Below are positions 25,601 through 38,106 of a stretch of 64,000 nucleotides of DNA, in pieces (positions within the stretch are counted from its first letter, which is position 1; each line of letters opens with the position of its first letter). Both the position numbers and the translations under genes were made by a program. This stretch comes from Phoronis australis (lineage: Eukaryota > Animalia > Phoronida), in NCBI GenBank assembly GCA_002633005.1, contig NMRA01000038.1:386786-450785 (forward strand), in the 5' to 3' direction. The notes below the pieces were generated by a model. That model did no database searches. It was given only the letters and a program-made list of their open reading frames with translations, and was not told the DNA's origin.

Positions 25601-28600
25601 ATATCTGATCAATTTAGGTCAAGGAGTATTGTCATTTGCAAACACAACTTTACAAACAATGAGATAGTATACCATTTTGTGTATATCTGATCAATTTAGG
25701 TCAAGGAGTATTGTCATTTGTAAACACAACTTTACAAACAATGAGACTGATAACGATGCTGGTGATGAAGAAAATGAACAAATGAACATCACACTTTTCC
25801 CATCCAACACTCACCAATCTGTGTAGCCTATACATATTACTCATAAACATTCTGTTGACACAATGTGTAGTACCCTCATGTGTAATGCTGTACAAAATAT
25901 GGAACATTAAAACTGCTATAACCATGACCTGAAGTCAAAATCACCTTCCAACACATCATTGTCTGTGTTTCAATTGAATGTGGTTACAGAAAATCGCCTG
26001 GAGTAATTAATCGCCTGCATGGATTCCCCCGACAGCTATACTGCCTCAATGACTGAAAGTGCCTGATCTGAAAAAATCATGTGATACGTCCTAGGTTACA
26101 GTAGAGACATGAGTTCGCAATAAAACTCACTTTAACTTACATCATATCTTAACTAACTCTTACTCTGGACAAGCCAATGAGCTATCACAGCTGTTGTTAG
26201 CAAGTTAAACAAGACTCCTGTTTAATGCTTACTTGCTTACTTTAATTGGGCGACCAAATGTTGAACAGAGCACCCAAATGCTGAATAGGGTACACTAGCT
26301 AGGATGACTAAATTTGAGTCAGGGTGTGCATTTGGATGCCTGCACGCCCTCTAAATGAAGGCCTTCACCTCCAATTCATAATTATCTAAGGCAGTGATTA
26401 TAGCTTTGTGAAGCCTTTGAAATAAAAAGATAAAACATTTGGCAAAACATCATGCATGTGCTTTTTCTATTTTTACAACTTCTAAAATGAGTGTACAGAC
26501 CAAAGCTCAGTATGCTTTTTAGCCTAACCTGAGCAAGGAACAAATTGAAATCATTGTTTTTCAACTATAATGAAAGTGAACTAAATCAAAAGTTACCAAT
26601 GATCAAACTTCTTAAGGGCTGTTCCAGTAAAATCCGTGTGGGAGGGGGGGACGGCAGTAGAAATAAAAATTCATGGGTGGTGGTCTTCAGAAAAAAACTC
26701 AAATTATGGGTGGTCGTTCCTGTAATAAGTGATGCATTAAAAATGGGTGGTATTTTTGACCTGTTAATGTTGATAGGTTGGTTACTTCAGCCCTAAAAAC
26801 TCAAAAATAAATGCAATTGTCCAAATACAAAAAAGCCCATATTGCCAGTGAACAGAGTGCAATATGTTCACTAAGCCATTAATCAAGTCATGGGCAACTC
26901 GATTTGAGCCAACTGTTTGTCTGCAGTCCTATTGAATTGAAAAGTTATGCAACACTGAACTGGTGTTAACACATATAAGAAAATTGATGATTTTTAAATA
27001 ATAAGTATGAGGAGTAAGATAAACAAGTTCCAATATTCACTTGACATAGAAGTATAGAAGAGTTCGTGGAGACAGTTTGAGATTCATAGATCCTTATAAA
27101 TGAAAAAAATGTTCATTGAAATTATAGACACATGGTGAACAGAGACACCTGGTGGCTGCCAAAAGTATTGCTCACAGGCAACTTTAGTTTTTGACAATAT
27201 TGGACAAGACAACTAGTTCTTGTCTGTCAGTCATATAAGTTCTTAATAGGTCCTCCTGGAGGCAATTTGTTTGCAAGTGTTGGATTTTATATTTTAACCT
27301 ATTAAAAATAATTAAAAAATTATGGGTCATGGGTTGGAGAAATAAATGAAAAATACGGGCGGTGGGTATGAAATAAAAGTGCCTTCCCCCCCTCCCATAC
27401 AGATTTTGCTGGAACAGCCCTAAATGACTTTTGAAGTTTTAAAGCCTATCTTCAATGGTAACACCTGAAAATTTGGTTCCTAGAGTATGTTAAGAGCATC
27501 CCTCTGAGCCCACTAGTGCTATAAATTGTCAAATGTAACAAACTGTTAGGCATATTGGCTTGCTTTTGTCTACAAAATTCTGTTGAAGTTAGGCTTTAAT
27601 AGTAGACTTACACAACTCTAAATTTTTAAAATCCTTGATGATTACGGAATTTCATTATGTGCACATGTCCATAATGATCACAGAATCTCGTTTTAAGCAC
27701 GGAAACAATGCCTAGATCACGAAAGCATTTTTTTAAAAATGTGATTTTTAACAGAGATTGTCGTAATTTTCCAAAAACACATTTTATTTGCACAGAACTT
27801 ATTTTATTAAATACAAAAGTGTGTCAGGGATTTTCTTTAAGGCTTTCTAGCCTGAGACCTCTGCTGTCAAAAATGAAGACGGTGTGAATGGGGATTAAGA
27901 CGGTGTGAATGGGGCATGTATGGTATTAAAATACACTTGTGTATTTACAACCTGGCTGCAGGGGCAATGTTTATAACATGCATCCCCTCTTTCTTATGTA
28001 AGCTATGGTTGTGAATAGCATAAACGTGGTTTCTGGGCTCAGAAATCAATATTTCGTTATTGCTTGTGACTATGCAGTGCATAAAATGACTCACTGTGAT
28101 AATCCAAATTGTGGAGTCTGGTCTCGAGCAGTAACAAACTGTCAATTCTTTTCAAGCACTATGACAACACACGATTTTTGTTATCGTTCGATTCTGCCTA
28201 TCGTTCTAAGTCCAAAATTATATGAATGTGTCCCCTACTGCATTTCCTCACTATTTTATCGTCAAATTTATGTTCGCACTCTTTCCCAGTTGACACCGCC
28301 ATGTTTGGTTAACTCAAGATTACAGCGACACCTGTTGCTAGTGAATGAAACAGCGTCAGCGATTCTGGTGTTTGCGTGCGAGGTTCCCCCTAAAGTTCTT
28401 TTGAGATAACATGGAGCAACAAGGAGCAGCATTCCACCCTTTTCCATAAATTTTTAGAATTGTTATCATTTGACCCATTTTCCACGAAATTCTCTACAGG
28501 GATACCCTTTTCACCGATTTGGACCTCGAAAACAACCTTTTTTTGCAAATTCTTGTTGGCGGATGTGTACCAGGGTCACCATAGGAATTCGAGTCCTTAG

Positions 28601-31600
28601 AACCGTAGTTCAGACTCGGCTCAACAGGTCTCCGTCAGTTTAAACTTATGAAGAGTGGCGCTCTGCACTGGGTGTCTGTAGACAAGTAGTTTTTGGCCGC
28701 CAGATGACTCCTTCCATTCAACATGGCGGTATCACTACCGGGAAATAGTGTGAGCAAAAATTTAGTGATAAAATACTAAGGGAATGGGGTAGATGTTTTT
28801 ATATTTTTGGAATAACAAAGCAAGGAATCGAACGATGCCAAAATCATGAGTGTAGGTCATCATATTGTAAACAATTACCCACAGAAATTACCATTAATTA
28901 GACTCTCAAAAGAAACAACTTTTTCAGAACTGTAAGTAGCCTATTTAAAATTGAGTTATTGTGACAGACAGCTGGTTTGTAGCTGCTTCAAGCTTTCTTA
29001 GCATAATGGTAGATCCACAACAGCACCCAGAGATTAGCCCTACTGGCAAACAGGATGGGACCTTATCGCAAAAATACATCACTGTTAACAGTCAAAACTG
29101 ACAATACCTTTTTCTTCTAACAACCATCTTCAACTTTATTCCATTCTTCGTTTTTTACTTGGCTTCCAACTTGTGTCTTTCAGCTACACTTGATCTTGTG
29201 GGTTAAAATAGCCACAAAGTATTTGCTGGTGTTCAACAAAACCGTGCATGATTTTAACAATGGCGCATAAGCCAAAACGCAATTAGTGCATATGAGCGTT
29301 CACGATTGACAAAACTCAACACTTTCCTGGATATGCGAGGATAAAAGCGCTTTCATAAATGATATGAAACTTTTATAGTGTCCCAATATGCTAACAAATA
29401 TGAAAAATAATACCAGAAATTTTTTCTAGGAATAAATGGCAATTTTTTAATTCCAGGTGTTCCCAAGTTTCTGTTGAAATGCATAGAAGCTATGGAAAAT
29501 ACCACAGTCGACTCTTAATTGCAGAGAAACGACGAATGAATTTTATTCAGACTCTGTACAGCTGAGTCAGCACGCAGAGAGTGAAAGCGAGTCGCTTTCA
29601 CTCTCTGCGTGCTCCACAGAAAAGTACTTTTCATTCAAATATTGCATTCTGTGTTCAAATGCAACAAAAATTTTACAGCGAAAAAAAAACAGTTCTCCTA
29701 ATTTTTTCTCTGCCTTGGCGCACCAACTTCAGTGAAAAATCCTCAATATCTGCCCTGGAGCAACACAACAGTTCGCATTCTCTACAATTAAGAGAGAACA
29801 GTGGTATATTTTTCTAACTTCAGCACACTGTGAAACAAAATTCCATATTCCTGCAATAAAAATGCCATTAGTTCCCAGTGAAACCATCAAGATTTTGGGA
29901 ATAGCCTGTATATTAATGGGCTATGTTATTCTTCCTCATAATTGTAAAACCATCACGAGAACTTATATCAACCATTTATCTTCACACTTCCAATTTCATT
30001 GTTCTTAAGCCTATAATCAGAATATAATTCATAATCTCCAATAATTTATCTCGTCTTTTGTGACGGATGCACGGGCAACAGTCCACACTCTGTTGTCATC
30101 TGTAGGAAAAGATCAGCTTAGATAGCCTGGTGGATTTTTATGCTTTGACAGGGTATTTAAGGCTTGGAATGAGCCATGACAAAAAAAGAAGAAAATTTTC
30201 CAAGTGATGCATCGTTCTACAGATAAATAGGCTTATGTGACAGAAATATTTTTGTGTTGTAAAATTTAACTGCAAGAAACGTTTTTGCTTGAATGAAGTC
30301 AAAATAATAAAGAGATGGAATAAGGAAGAAACTGGAAATCAAATAAGAGGAAATTGAAACCAAAAAAGAAGAAATTCTCTTAAAAGAGGAAAATTCCAAT
30401 TTAACATCACCAAAAAATATTTTGAAAGGACTGCCTGCTCTACTCAAAGAACACCAGATATATGTAACACACATACGCAGCGTGACGATTTTTTTTCCAA
30501 AAACATAAACAAGTTTAAACGAAGAAAACTGCCAGTTCTTTGCAAAAAATCTGTCCATAAAACCATGCTACTTGCGGACAGGCAGAATACACTGCCAGTT
30601 TATGTTACACTCATTGAAGGTGCGAGTTACTAAGATTTCACTAGCATTACTGTATGCACCCAGTCCAGTATTCGCCAGCGACCAACCCCACGTTATCAGT
30701 CTTCTGTGCCCCTATCACGCAAACTTGTGGCACGAAAAAACTCTACATTAATCACAACTGGCAGAAGTTGAAATTCAATGTAACGGGTTACACTCTGCGA
30801 AATTAAGGAAGAATATGTCTATCTTCAAAATGCAAGAAAAAATATAATGACAAGTCGTTCTCATGCATTTGGGTCCCAACAAAAAAGCCAGTGAGCACTT
30901 AACACCAACAGAATTACAAGCGTATGTGAACGATGACAAAATTGGTTAATTTCTGTGTTCTCGTAAGCCACCAGAATATTCTTAACAGAATATGTTCCTG
31001 TCCCACAAAATCATAACTTTCACTTTATTTCACGATTACTTTTTAAACTGAACGTCTTTGCATCCACATTAATGCTCAATCAAAAACAAACAAAATGTGT
31101 ATGAGCCCATTAAGGCGATTGGCCATCTTCGTTACCAAACAAGAAATTTCCTATATAACGATTTTATAATAAGTAATAATTGAAGACCTTTTATTAAAGA
31201 GCCAAATATCTTACTATGTGCCCAAAAATAATGCCCAAATGTTTGTAATCATGACTGTTTTCCCCAAAAAATTTTTTCACGGAAATCACCACATTATCCA
31301 AAACCATAAATTTTTCGCACAAAAATACTGTTTCGTTATTCTATTTGCTACAAAATGGTATTTTCTTTTAAGGTCTTTTAGCCCAAGAACTCTGCAGCCA
31401 AAATAAAGTGGAGTCATGTGATTACACCATCTCGGCATTCCTTTTGTGCACACAAGATTCTGTGATCATCAAGGATTTAGTTTTATAGGACTACTGTTAA
31501 AACTCATTAAAAAGTTATTAACAAAGGCAGCAATTTACTTTGAGACTATCAAACTGGTCTTAAAATATTACATTTCGAAAGTAATGGCCAGCCCTATGGT

Positions 31601-34600
31601 TTCTGTGATGTACTTTCCTATCAAGACTTCTGAATCCTATGGATACTGTGTGTGGCATTGGACATGAAGTGATTGCATTTAAATCAGCAACGCGTTTTCA
31701 GAAATCATAAATAAGTGACGTGATTGGAAAACTGAAATATTTCTATTTGATATCAAGCCTCAGGACCCTCCCTCACCGAGGGGAAATGTACCTGAGCCTT
31801 ATTAGGGGAATTGTTTTGGGCAAGGGAAATATGCTCTCCCCTTCCACTGGCCACCATCAATTCCACCACCACCTCCCCATCCCTCACCGGCTCTGCCTCA
31901 AGCAGCTAAAACTAATGTTTAAGCCGATTCCAATCCTGGCCTTTTACACTGTTTAGAGCAGACCAAAGAAATGTTTTTCTTGGAAATGTATTAGCCCAAG
32001 TAGTAGGGGTGTAAGACAATAAGTGTGGACTCCTGCAAGTGACTTTCTTGCTCAATATTATATGATCACCCCTGCACTTGCAATAATCTAATCCAGAGTT
32101 CTCTACATACAAGCTGTAAACAAGACAGAAAGGTATGTCTGCGAAGTGAGGATTTTCCCAGTTAATAAAACTTTCTGAGGCTGAGGGTAACTTTTGGGCC
32201 CCATGAGGGGACTTTTTGAGCCTGACGAGGATAATTTCATGTGATTTTTCAGAATGAAATGAACCCGATATTCCGCTCCAAAATCGAGACATGAAAGGCC
32301 CTGAGCATTTGGAACTTGGTTACATCAACACTTTCAGAACTAAAGCAAAACTTTCCAGCAACAAAAATTATGGATTATCTAACAGTAAGAGGTATTTTTT
32401 TAAATACCAATAAACAGCTTTAAAGCTCATACAAGACCATAATCACTAGTCACTGGAAACTCAACCGAAAAATTAAGTCAACAAGGTTCACAACCCTTGT
32501 TCAAATAATAAATGGTACTCGCAGACAAAACTGTCAAGAGAACCAGCCAAGTTTCAATCGTCGGCACCAGACAAATAAGGCAAGCAACACTCACTCAGCA
32601 CAATACATCACGCTGAGTAACTACGGTATTCAGACAAGCAATCACAAACATACTTTAATTTTTTATTTCCCTTCTGAGTAAACCGTACACGAAGACATGA
32701 GAAGTTGACAATATCAACCCATTGAAAACAAACTTACACGAGTTACAAACCTTACTCGATACCAAAGTCAGCTGCATGGCATTCGCTGAAGCTGCAAAAT
32801 GATAAACAAAAGGTTATACAATGAAAAGGACTTGGGATAATGAGGTCAATATGTCAATCTGCTCAAATACGACAGTTAAGGTTATGTACAACACTACAAA
32901 AATTCCAAATTTGGCCAACTTCGAAACATGTCTCACAAAAAGTTGACTGCATTCAAATGTAACTTTCTTATACTGTGATTTATCCACTGTTTTCCATAGT
33001 CATCAGAAATTGTTTCTAAACTGCCTGATTTTTTGCACGAGGGGCTTGTAATAATACGCATTCAGGATTACTGGGTAGACTTAAAAATTCATGAAACAAA
33101 ATGATAATTTAGAAAAGTCTAACTGCATTTTAGATATTTTATCTAAGAACACTTACATCAAAAGGGTTTCATTAAGCTTTTGATACTGCTGTTTTACTAC
33201 GAAAGTGTTTTTCTTTAATAAAAAGACAGGGTCAAAAGACCTAATCAGTGGCAGATTAGCATAAAAAATGAAATTCTACAAGTATTCCATTTTAGAAAAT
33301 ATACTTTTACTTTACAGTTTTAAATTCAATGGAACTGTTCATGTTTGGCTAAAACCACAAACTTGCCAACAAGGTTACTCATAGCCTTAAGTGGGATTCA
33401 ATTTTTCAAGCCATTTGACATGTCCTTAACCAGTCAGCCATGACGCGCTCATCATATTTTGCACATTTGGGATGATTTACTGATGCATGATGAAAGCTGG
33501 CAATGTTGGATCAAACAGTCACTACCTAACAACATAGATACATTAGGAGCACTACGGAGCCTTATGTGGTCATGTCATGTGACCAAGCAAATACAGGCCT
33601 TCTACAATCCATGCACACGTGTCTACTGAACCATCGTCACCACCGGTCAAACATGGAAATCCAATCAAACTTATGCTTTGAAGAACTTCAAATCCCTGTT
33701 GTCAGTAAATTTGACAAATCATTGCAGACTCTGGTTCTGTGAACACATGGAGTACGCACCCTACAGAGTCATATGTGGTCACATCATATCGCAGCAATCC
33801 TTTCACAATGTAATTACCATACGATGTGGCCATGTATGACTGTAGTGAACAGTGTACATACTCTCTGCATGCACAGAAGTGGAGTCTGCGACCAGCATTC
33901 ATATTTACAAATGCCTTCCAATATGCATGTTGCAAACCACAAGTTTTCATTTTTCACATATTGGCACATGGTCTTTTCCTCCATAGGACATTTAGAACAC
34001 ACAATCAGAATCAGGAGCCAACTACTTACCATTGGTCACTCTCCTAAGTCAACATGATACTGAAAAGTGAACACTTTCCCAACAAAGACAATTAACAAAA
34101 CATCCCTGACTTTTTAAGTGCTGACGTAAGACTAGCCTGCAACACAACAGCACATCTCTTGTCAAGTTACACATTAGAAGTACCTTTAGCCATTCTATTA
34201 CAATGGAAGGAGTCAAAAAAAAGTACAAAGCTACACCAGAGGGCACCACACTACAACACCATAACTGAATACCAAATAACAACTTTTAGTATAACTTGAA
34301 CTGCAATAAAGTCTGCAACGTGTGAACACATGAATTCAACATCAGAATAAAAACACTAAATGGATTCATTTCTTTCTAAGGAAACTGCTCAACAATATTG
34401 TAGCGAGACGAAATTCAAAAAATTATTTTTCATCAACACTCCCAGATCAGCTTGGATACAGATTGCGATCCCTGGCAACTAAGTCTCTGTACATCTCATC
34501 ATATGTTGTATTAAAGTCGTATACGTTGGGCTTATCAGGCGCTGATCCCGGCAACTTCACGTGCGTGCCAGTTCCAAAGGAGCGAACGTTGAAACCCTTT

Positions 34601-36814
34601 TTACTGAAAAATAAATACAGTAAAATGAAGTCAGTTCTCCACTACACGCCTTGAATGGCATGTGACGTGGATTGACGGGAAAAATTACAATTACAAGACA
34701 AAAGACTAAGTACGATATGGCGACTTGTAGGTTACCAATGCAAACTCAGATTTTGTTTGGCGACCTGGTCATCACGCACACATGCAAGCATGCACTCAAA
34801 TCGTTTGACAAAACCACAAGGGCCAGTTCACACGCTCTTGTATAGAAGATGTGCCCCAATCATCAGCTTCTCCCTACGTAAGCAGGCAAACCCGAGCGGG
34901 GATGTTGGAACAGAGAGGAAACCTGTTTGACCAAATGGCTGTCTTGATTAACCTGCTGGCAATTTGCTAGGTTCGACTGTTACTCAACTCAGGACTGTGG
35001 TTTCATAAAAAGTGACTTTAAGACTTGGTCCGAAATTTGGTCTCGCATTCCACACAACTGCGTTGCTGAGATAATTTCTAGAAATAATTTGAAGACTGTT
35101 ATGCACATACATTATATAATTACATGGCAAAATCTTTTTGTAGCAACTGTGAAGTGAGAGCGTAAGATCGAATTTCAGTCCCAAGTCTTCACAAAACAGA
35201 CTCCAGGTATCTATTTTTTATTGGCAGCTGTTGCCAACTATGTGTCGTTCATAGGTGCCAGCACTTTTCATAAACGGTTTTCTTGCTTTGGCTCCCTAAT
35301 TTCCTATTCGGCAACCTTGTTACCAGGGTACTTAATTCAAAATCACAGATGTCTGAACTTGAAATTGAATATTCAGTAAAAAAAAAACAGTGCAGGTGGT
35401 CTGATGTCATTTGCGGTGCATCAGAAGTGCGCAGGCCTCATGGTTGGGCCCATTGCACAAAACACCTGAGCAAAGGCACAAGACCCCAATGATGGCTCCT
35501 CGTGAAGAAAGCTTTCAAGTCTGCCAGTCTCCTTTAGGAAAACGGACAGACAATTCCATTTGTTGCCATGCACTATATGTTGTAGGCATGTAACAATGCC
35601 ATCCAGTAGGTTGCTCCTTAGCCTATAAAAAGCTGGGCAAGACTCTACCAGGTGTTTAGGAGATTCTACGTCAGTACCACACTCGGGACACACAGGGCTC
35701 CCCATATGCCCAGTAATGTGTCTGTGTCGGGCTAGGTTGCAGTGGCCCGTCAAAATTTGAATGACGTGTCTTATACCCAATTTCCTATTCGGCAACCTTG
35801 TTACCAGGGTACTTAATCTCAAAATCACGGATGTCTGAACTTGAAATTGAATATTCAGTAAGACAATCAGGTGAAATTTTTTGATCATTGAACAGAATAT
35901 TTGCAGTTATTAGCCTCATGATCACCAGTTTTCTCCAAAACCTTAATTTGTGTCACAGAATAAATGTTCTTGCTACTTTATTTTTTGTTTGATGAATAAG
36001 ATCACCAATAGTTGAAAAGAGGTTGATTAAAATTTACATTGTTTTATTAACAAGTAATTTGTTTTAGTGCAGTGCAAATATTTATCAATGTGAGCGGAAT
36101 TATTTGAGTGAACTTTCCAAATTTCATGGTGTATTCCAAATTCACACATACGTGATCTTGAGATTAAGCAGGATTCCAAGTTCACGCACAGCAATATGGC
36201 ACTGTTTACTTCCAAGGGCAAAGGCAGATAAACATGACAGGTAGCTGGTAGGTCACATGCACACTACTCAGCTACTCATACAACGGCCCTTCCGATTTTT
36301 GCCAAATGATTCCGACTACTGTCTGTTTACTTCCAGTATGCTGTAATATTTTAAATGTGTGCTCTGATCTGTGCATCAGTGAGTCAGTAATGTGAACGTG
36401 ATTGGAATTCAGGTTCCATGCCATGACCATGGTAACAGTAACGGGCATAATTGCAAAGTAAGAATTTTTGCAGTGTGTGGCAAGTTAGTTTCCACCTCCG
36501 TCCGCCACTAATTGAGCGTCATCTATGCAATCTCAGAATGTCAGATGAAAACGGCCTCACACTTGTCACGATTGACACATTAGAAAGCGCCCCCTCGTGT
36601 CAGTTTCAGATGTAAACAAAACATAATGACTTAAACGCCGGGAATAAGCTTACAAGTGAATTTGCAGTTTCTTGAACTCTGTTTCGTTACTAAGATCAGG
36701 TAACAGTGTATACCACTCTAAACCAAGAGACAACTACCTGAGAAAACTGTGGGCTTCCATACTTCTGTTTTGATTACTTGAGCAGATAACGGCAATCTTC
36801 AACTCGTCTGACAT
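22684..36814 (-). CDS. SSU72: RNA polymerase II CTD phosphatase SSU72, 193 aa, 5 coding exons
   Basis: Exons 36814-36738, 34603-34460, 25604-25465, 24050-23932, 22785-22684 (77+144+140+119+102=582 nt) give [45 protein letters not shown]...YTQNGILHMLERNKRIKLRPERFQ...ITCEERVYDQVVE...VHIVNVDIKDNHEDATLGA...ERPLLHYTTFY, with the catalytic CX5R motif (CSSNQNR) intact. Confidence 0.97.
22845..23185 (+). repeat. Dispersed repeat (old transposon fragment) with other copies at ~48375-48840 and ~7720-7810
   Basis: Shared blocks TGTCCAAATTTGG, GATTTTTATGAAA and ATCAAACAAAATTTGGTCATGT between 22845-23185 and 48375-48700; 48750-48840 matches 7720-7810 (TTAAAATCTATAGTTTT.TAGATATTTGGCT). Confidence 0.7.
23221..23457 (+). 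mobile_element. tRNA-derived SINE, family A (second copy)
   Basis: GGCAGTGTGGCCTGGTTG (A box) ... GGATCGAGTCCCACTGGG (B box); colinear with the copy at 4215-4458. Confidence 0.8.
24292..24469. repeat. 29-bp minisatellite (TCAGGCTAGTATCACTAGATTCAATATGG) x6
   Basis: Six identical units in SSU72 intron 3. Confidence 0.95.
25583..25746. repeat. 82-bp tandem duplication spanning the SSU72 intron 2 / exon 3 boundary
   Basis: 25583-25664 and 25665-25746 are identical except one base (TTTGCA vs TTTGTA). Confidence 0.95.
26616..27420. mobile_element. PIF/Harbinger-type MITE
   Basis: TIRs GGGCTGTTCCAGTAAAATCCGTGTGGGAGGGGGG / CCCCCCTCCCATACAGATTTTGCTGGAACAGCCC with a 3-bp TAA duplication on both sides. 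Confidence 0.85.
29300..30010. repeat. Old inverted-repeat element with a perfect central palindrome
   Basis: Perfect 22-bp arms 29569-29590/29592-29613; degenerate outer inverted matches (AATGGCAATTTTTTAATTCCAGG vs CCTGCAATAAAAATGCCATT). Outer limits approximate. Confidence 0.6.
30160..30400. mobile_element. hAT-like non-autonomous element copy (same family as 10163-10389)
   Basis: Starts AGGCTTGGAATGA; the reverse complement aligns with 10170-10389 (AAGAGGAAATTGAAACCAAAAAAGA.GAAAT..TCTTAAAAGAGGAAAATTCC). Confidence 0.7.
35298..35861 (-). mobile_element. 5'-truncated LINE (I/R1/LOA-like) 3' end with CCHC zinc knuckle, flanked by ~82-bp direct repeats
   Basis: Minus ORF reads ILTGHCNLARH...SPVCPECGTDVESPKHLVESCPAF (LTGH + CX2CX8HX4C of LINE ORF2 C-termini); direct repeats at 35298-35379 and 35779-35861. 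Confidence 0.85.
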
Positions 36815-38106
36815 TGTGATGAGAAGAGTTAAGTACTAAAATAAACTGCTCTTTAAATAGAGGTTGAATTGATTGACTGGATACAGTGCAATCAAAAGTA
36901 TGATGATCAAACCAACAACGTAATTTTAACTGATATTTCTTGGAGGCGAATTCATCGCACTGACATTCGTCTGAAAGGATTTCGGTATGAGAAAAGATTA
37001 ACGACAGATTTTTAAAAGTTACTTTTGCTAATGTCAACCAAAACTAAAAACTCATGCATTTAAAATAATTTATAAATGTTTATAATTTTTAATTTAAAAG
37101 TGAAGTATTATAATTAATTAATTTTATGTTATGATTTACTTATTTACGTCAATACATACAGTTTCCAATTTCGTACTTTGTAGTCAACCCGTGTGACCGC
37201 CATATTGAAAACACGCTTTGAGAAAATGGTCCCTGTCTTTTATTCCGTGAATGTGCTGTTGATTAGCTAACAGAAGCATGTTGACTTGACGGAAATATAT
37301 CTCAGTTGGTCGAGAACAGGGTAAAGTGGCAACTAGATAATTAGATCGCATTATATGTTGTGTAGGCCTATTCATCAGGGACATTTTGCCACTTTCCTCC
37401 GTCTGTTATCAAAATGTTCAGGCAGCTCGTCCTAACATTAACAATGCCTCGTCCCCGCTGATCGAAAACCCTTTTCAAAAGGCTCCCGAGATTTCAACTG
37501 CCAGTTACTTCTATACGTGATGTATCTGATAATTTGTTATCTTTTTATTTGAGCTCTGTTCTTGTTATTCAGTGAGAGTAATTGTTTCTCTAATCCGTTC
37601 TAATTTCTAATAACTTATTACTTAAATCATGGGCCCACATATCCGACCCTCACCAGCATTCTCACTGTGGTCCTGGGGATGACGAACAGTTCAACAGTGC
37701 TAGTCAATGATAACTGTCCCTGTTTTTGAATACCGGGTAATCTTTGAATAAGGCGCCAGTTTACTTGCTTTTCAATTCGGCACTGGTCGGATAAGGTGGT
37801 CCCTGATTTAGAGAACCACTGAAATCCAGTGGCAATGAATAATAAACTTCATTTTTGTAAAAAAACTCTGAAGTGTGGCCCATAAGTATTTTTAAAGAGG
37901 TCCTTAAGTCTGAGCAGGCGGTTTTCAAGACGGAAAAAGTTCAAAGGACCATAAGTCCGAAGGTTCACTAATTCAACAATAAATTGTGTTCATAAGTCTG
38001 AAGGTCCATTTCTTGAAAATTAGTTAGACAAAGTGGTTGATAGCAAAGAAAGCAGAAATATTTTTGGTGTGATTTGAAATTAAAAACACTGTTCGGAATA
38101 TTTTAA

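Larger units (their letters stand above)
25605..34459 (-). other. U12-type GT-AG intron of SSU72 (8.85 kb)
   Basis: Donor GTATCCAAG at 34459; U12 branch point TCCTTGAC about 13 nt before the acceptor end, with no polypyrimidine tract (CTCCTTGACCTAAATTGATCAG). Confidence 0.8.

Noticed and set aside
28290-28740. Divergent AACATGGCGGT (YY1-like/start-codon-like) motifs suggesting a nested gene in SSU72 intron 2
   Set aside because: The plus-strand frame closes after 18 codons and no coherent downstream exons were found on either strand.
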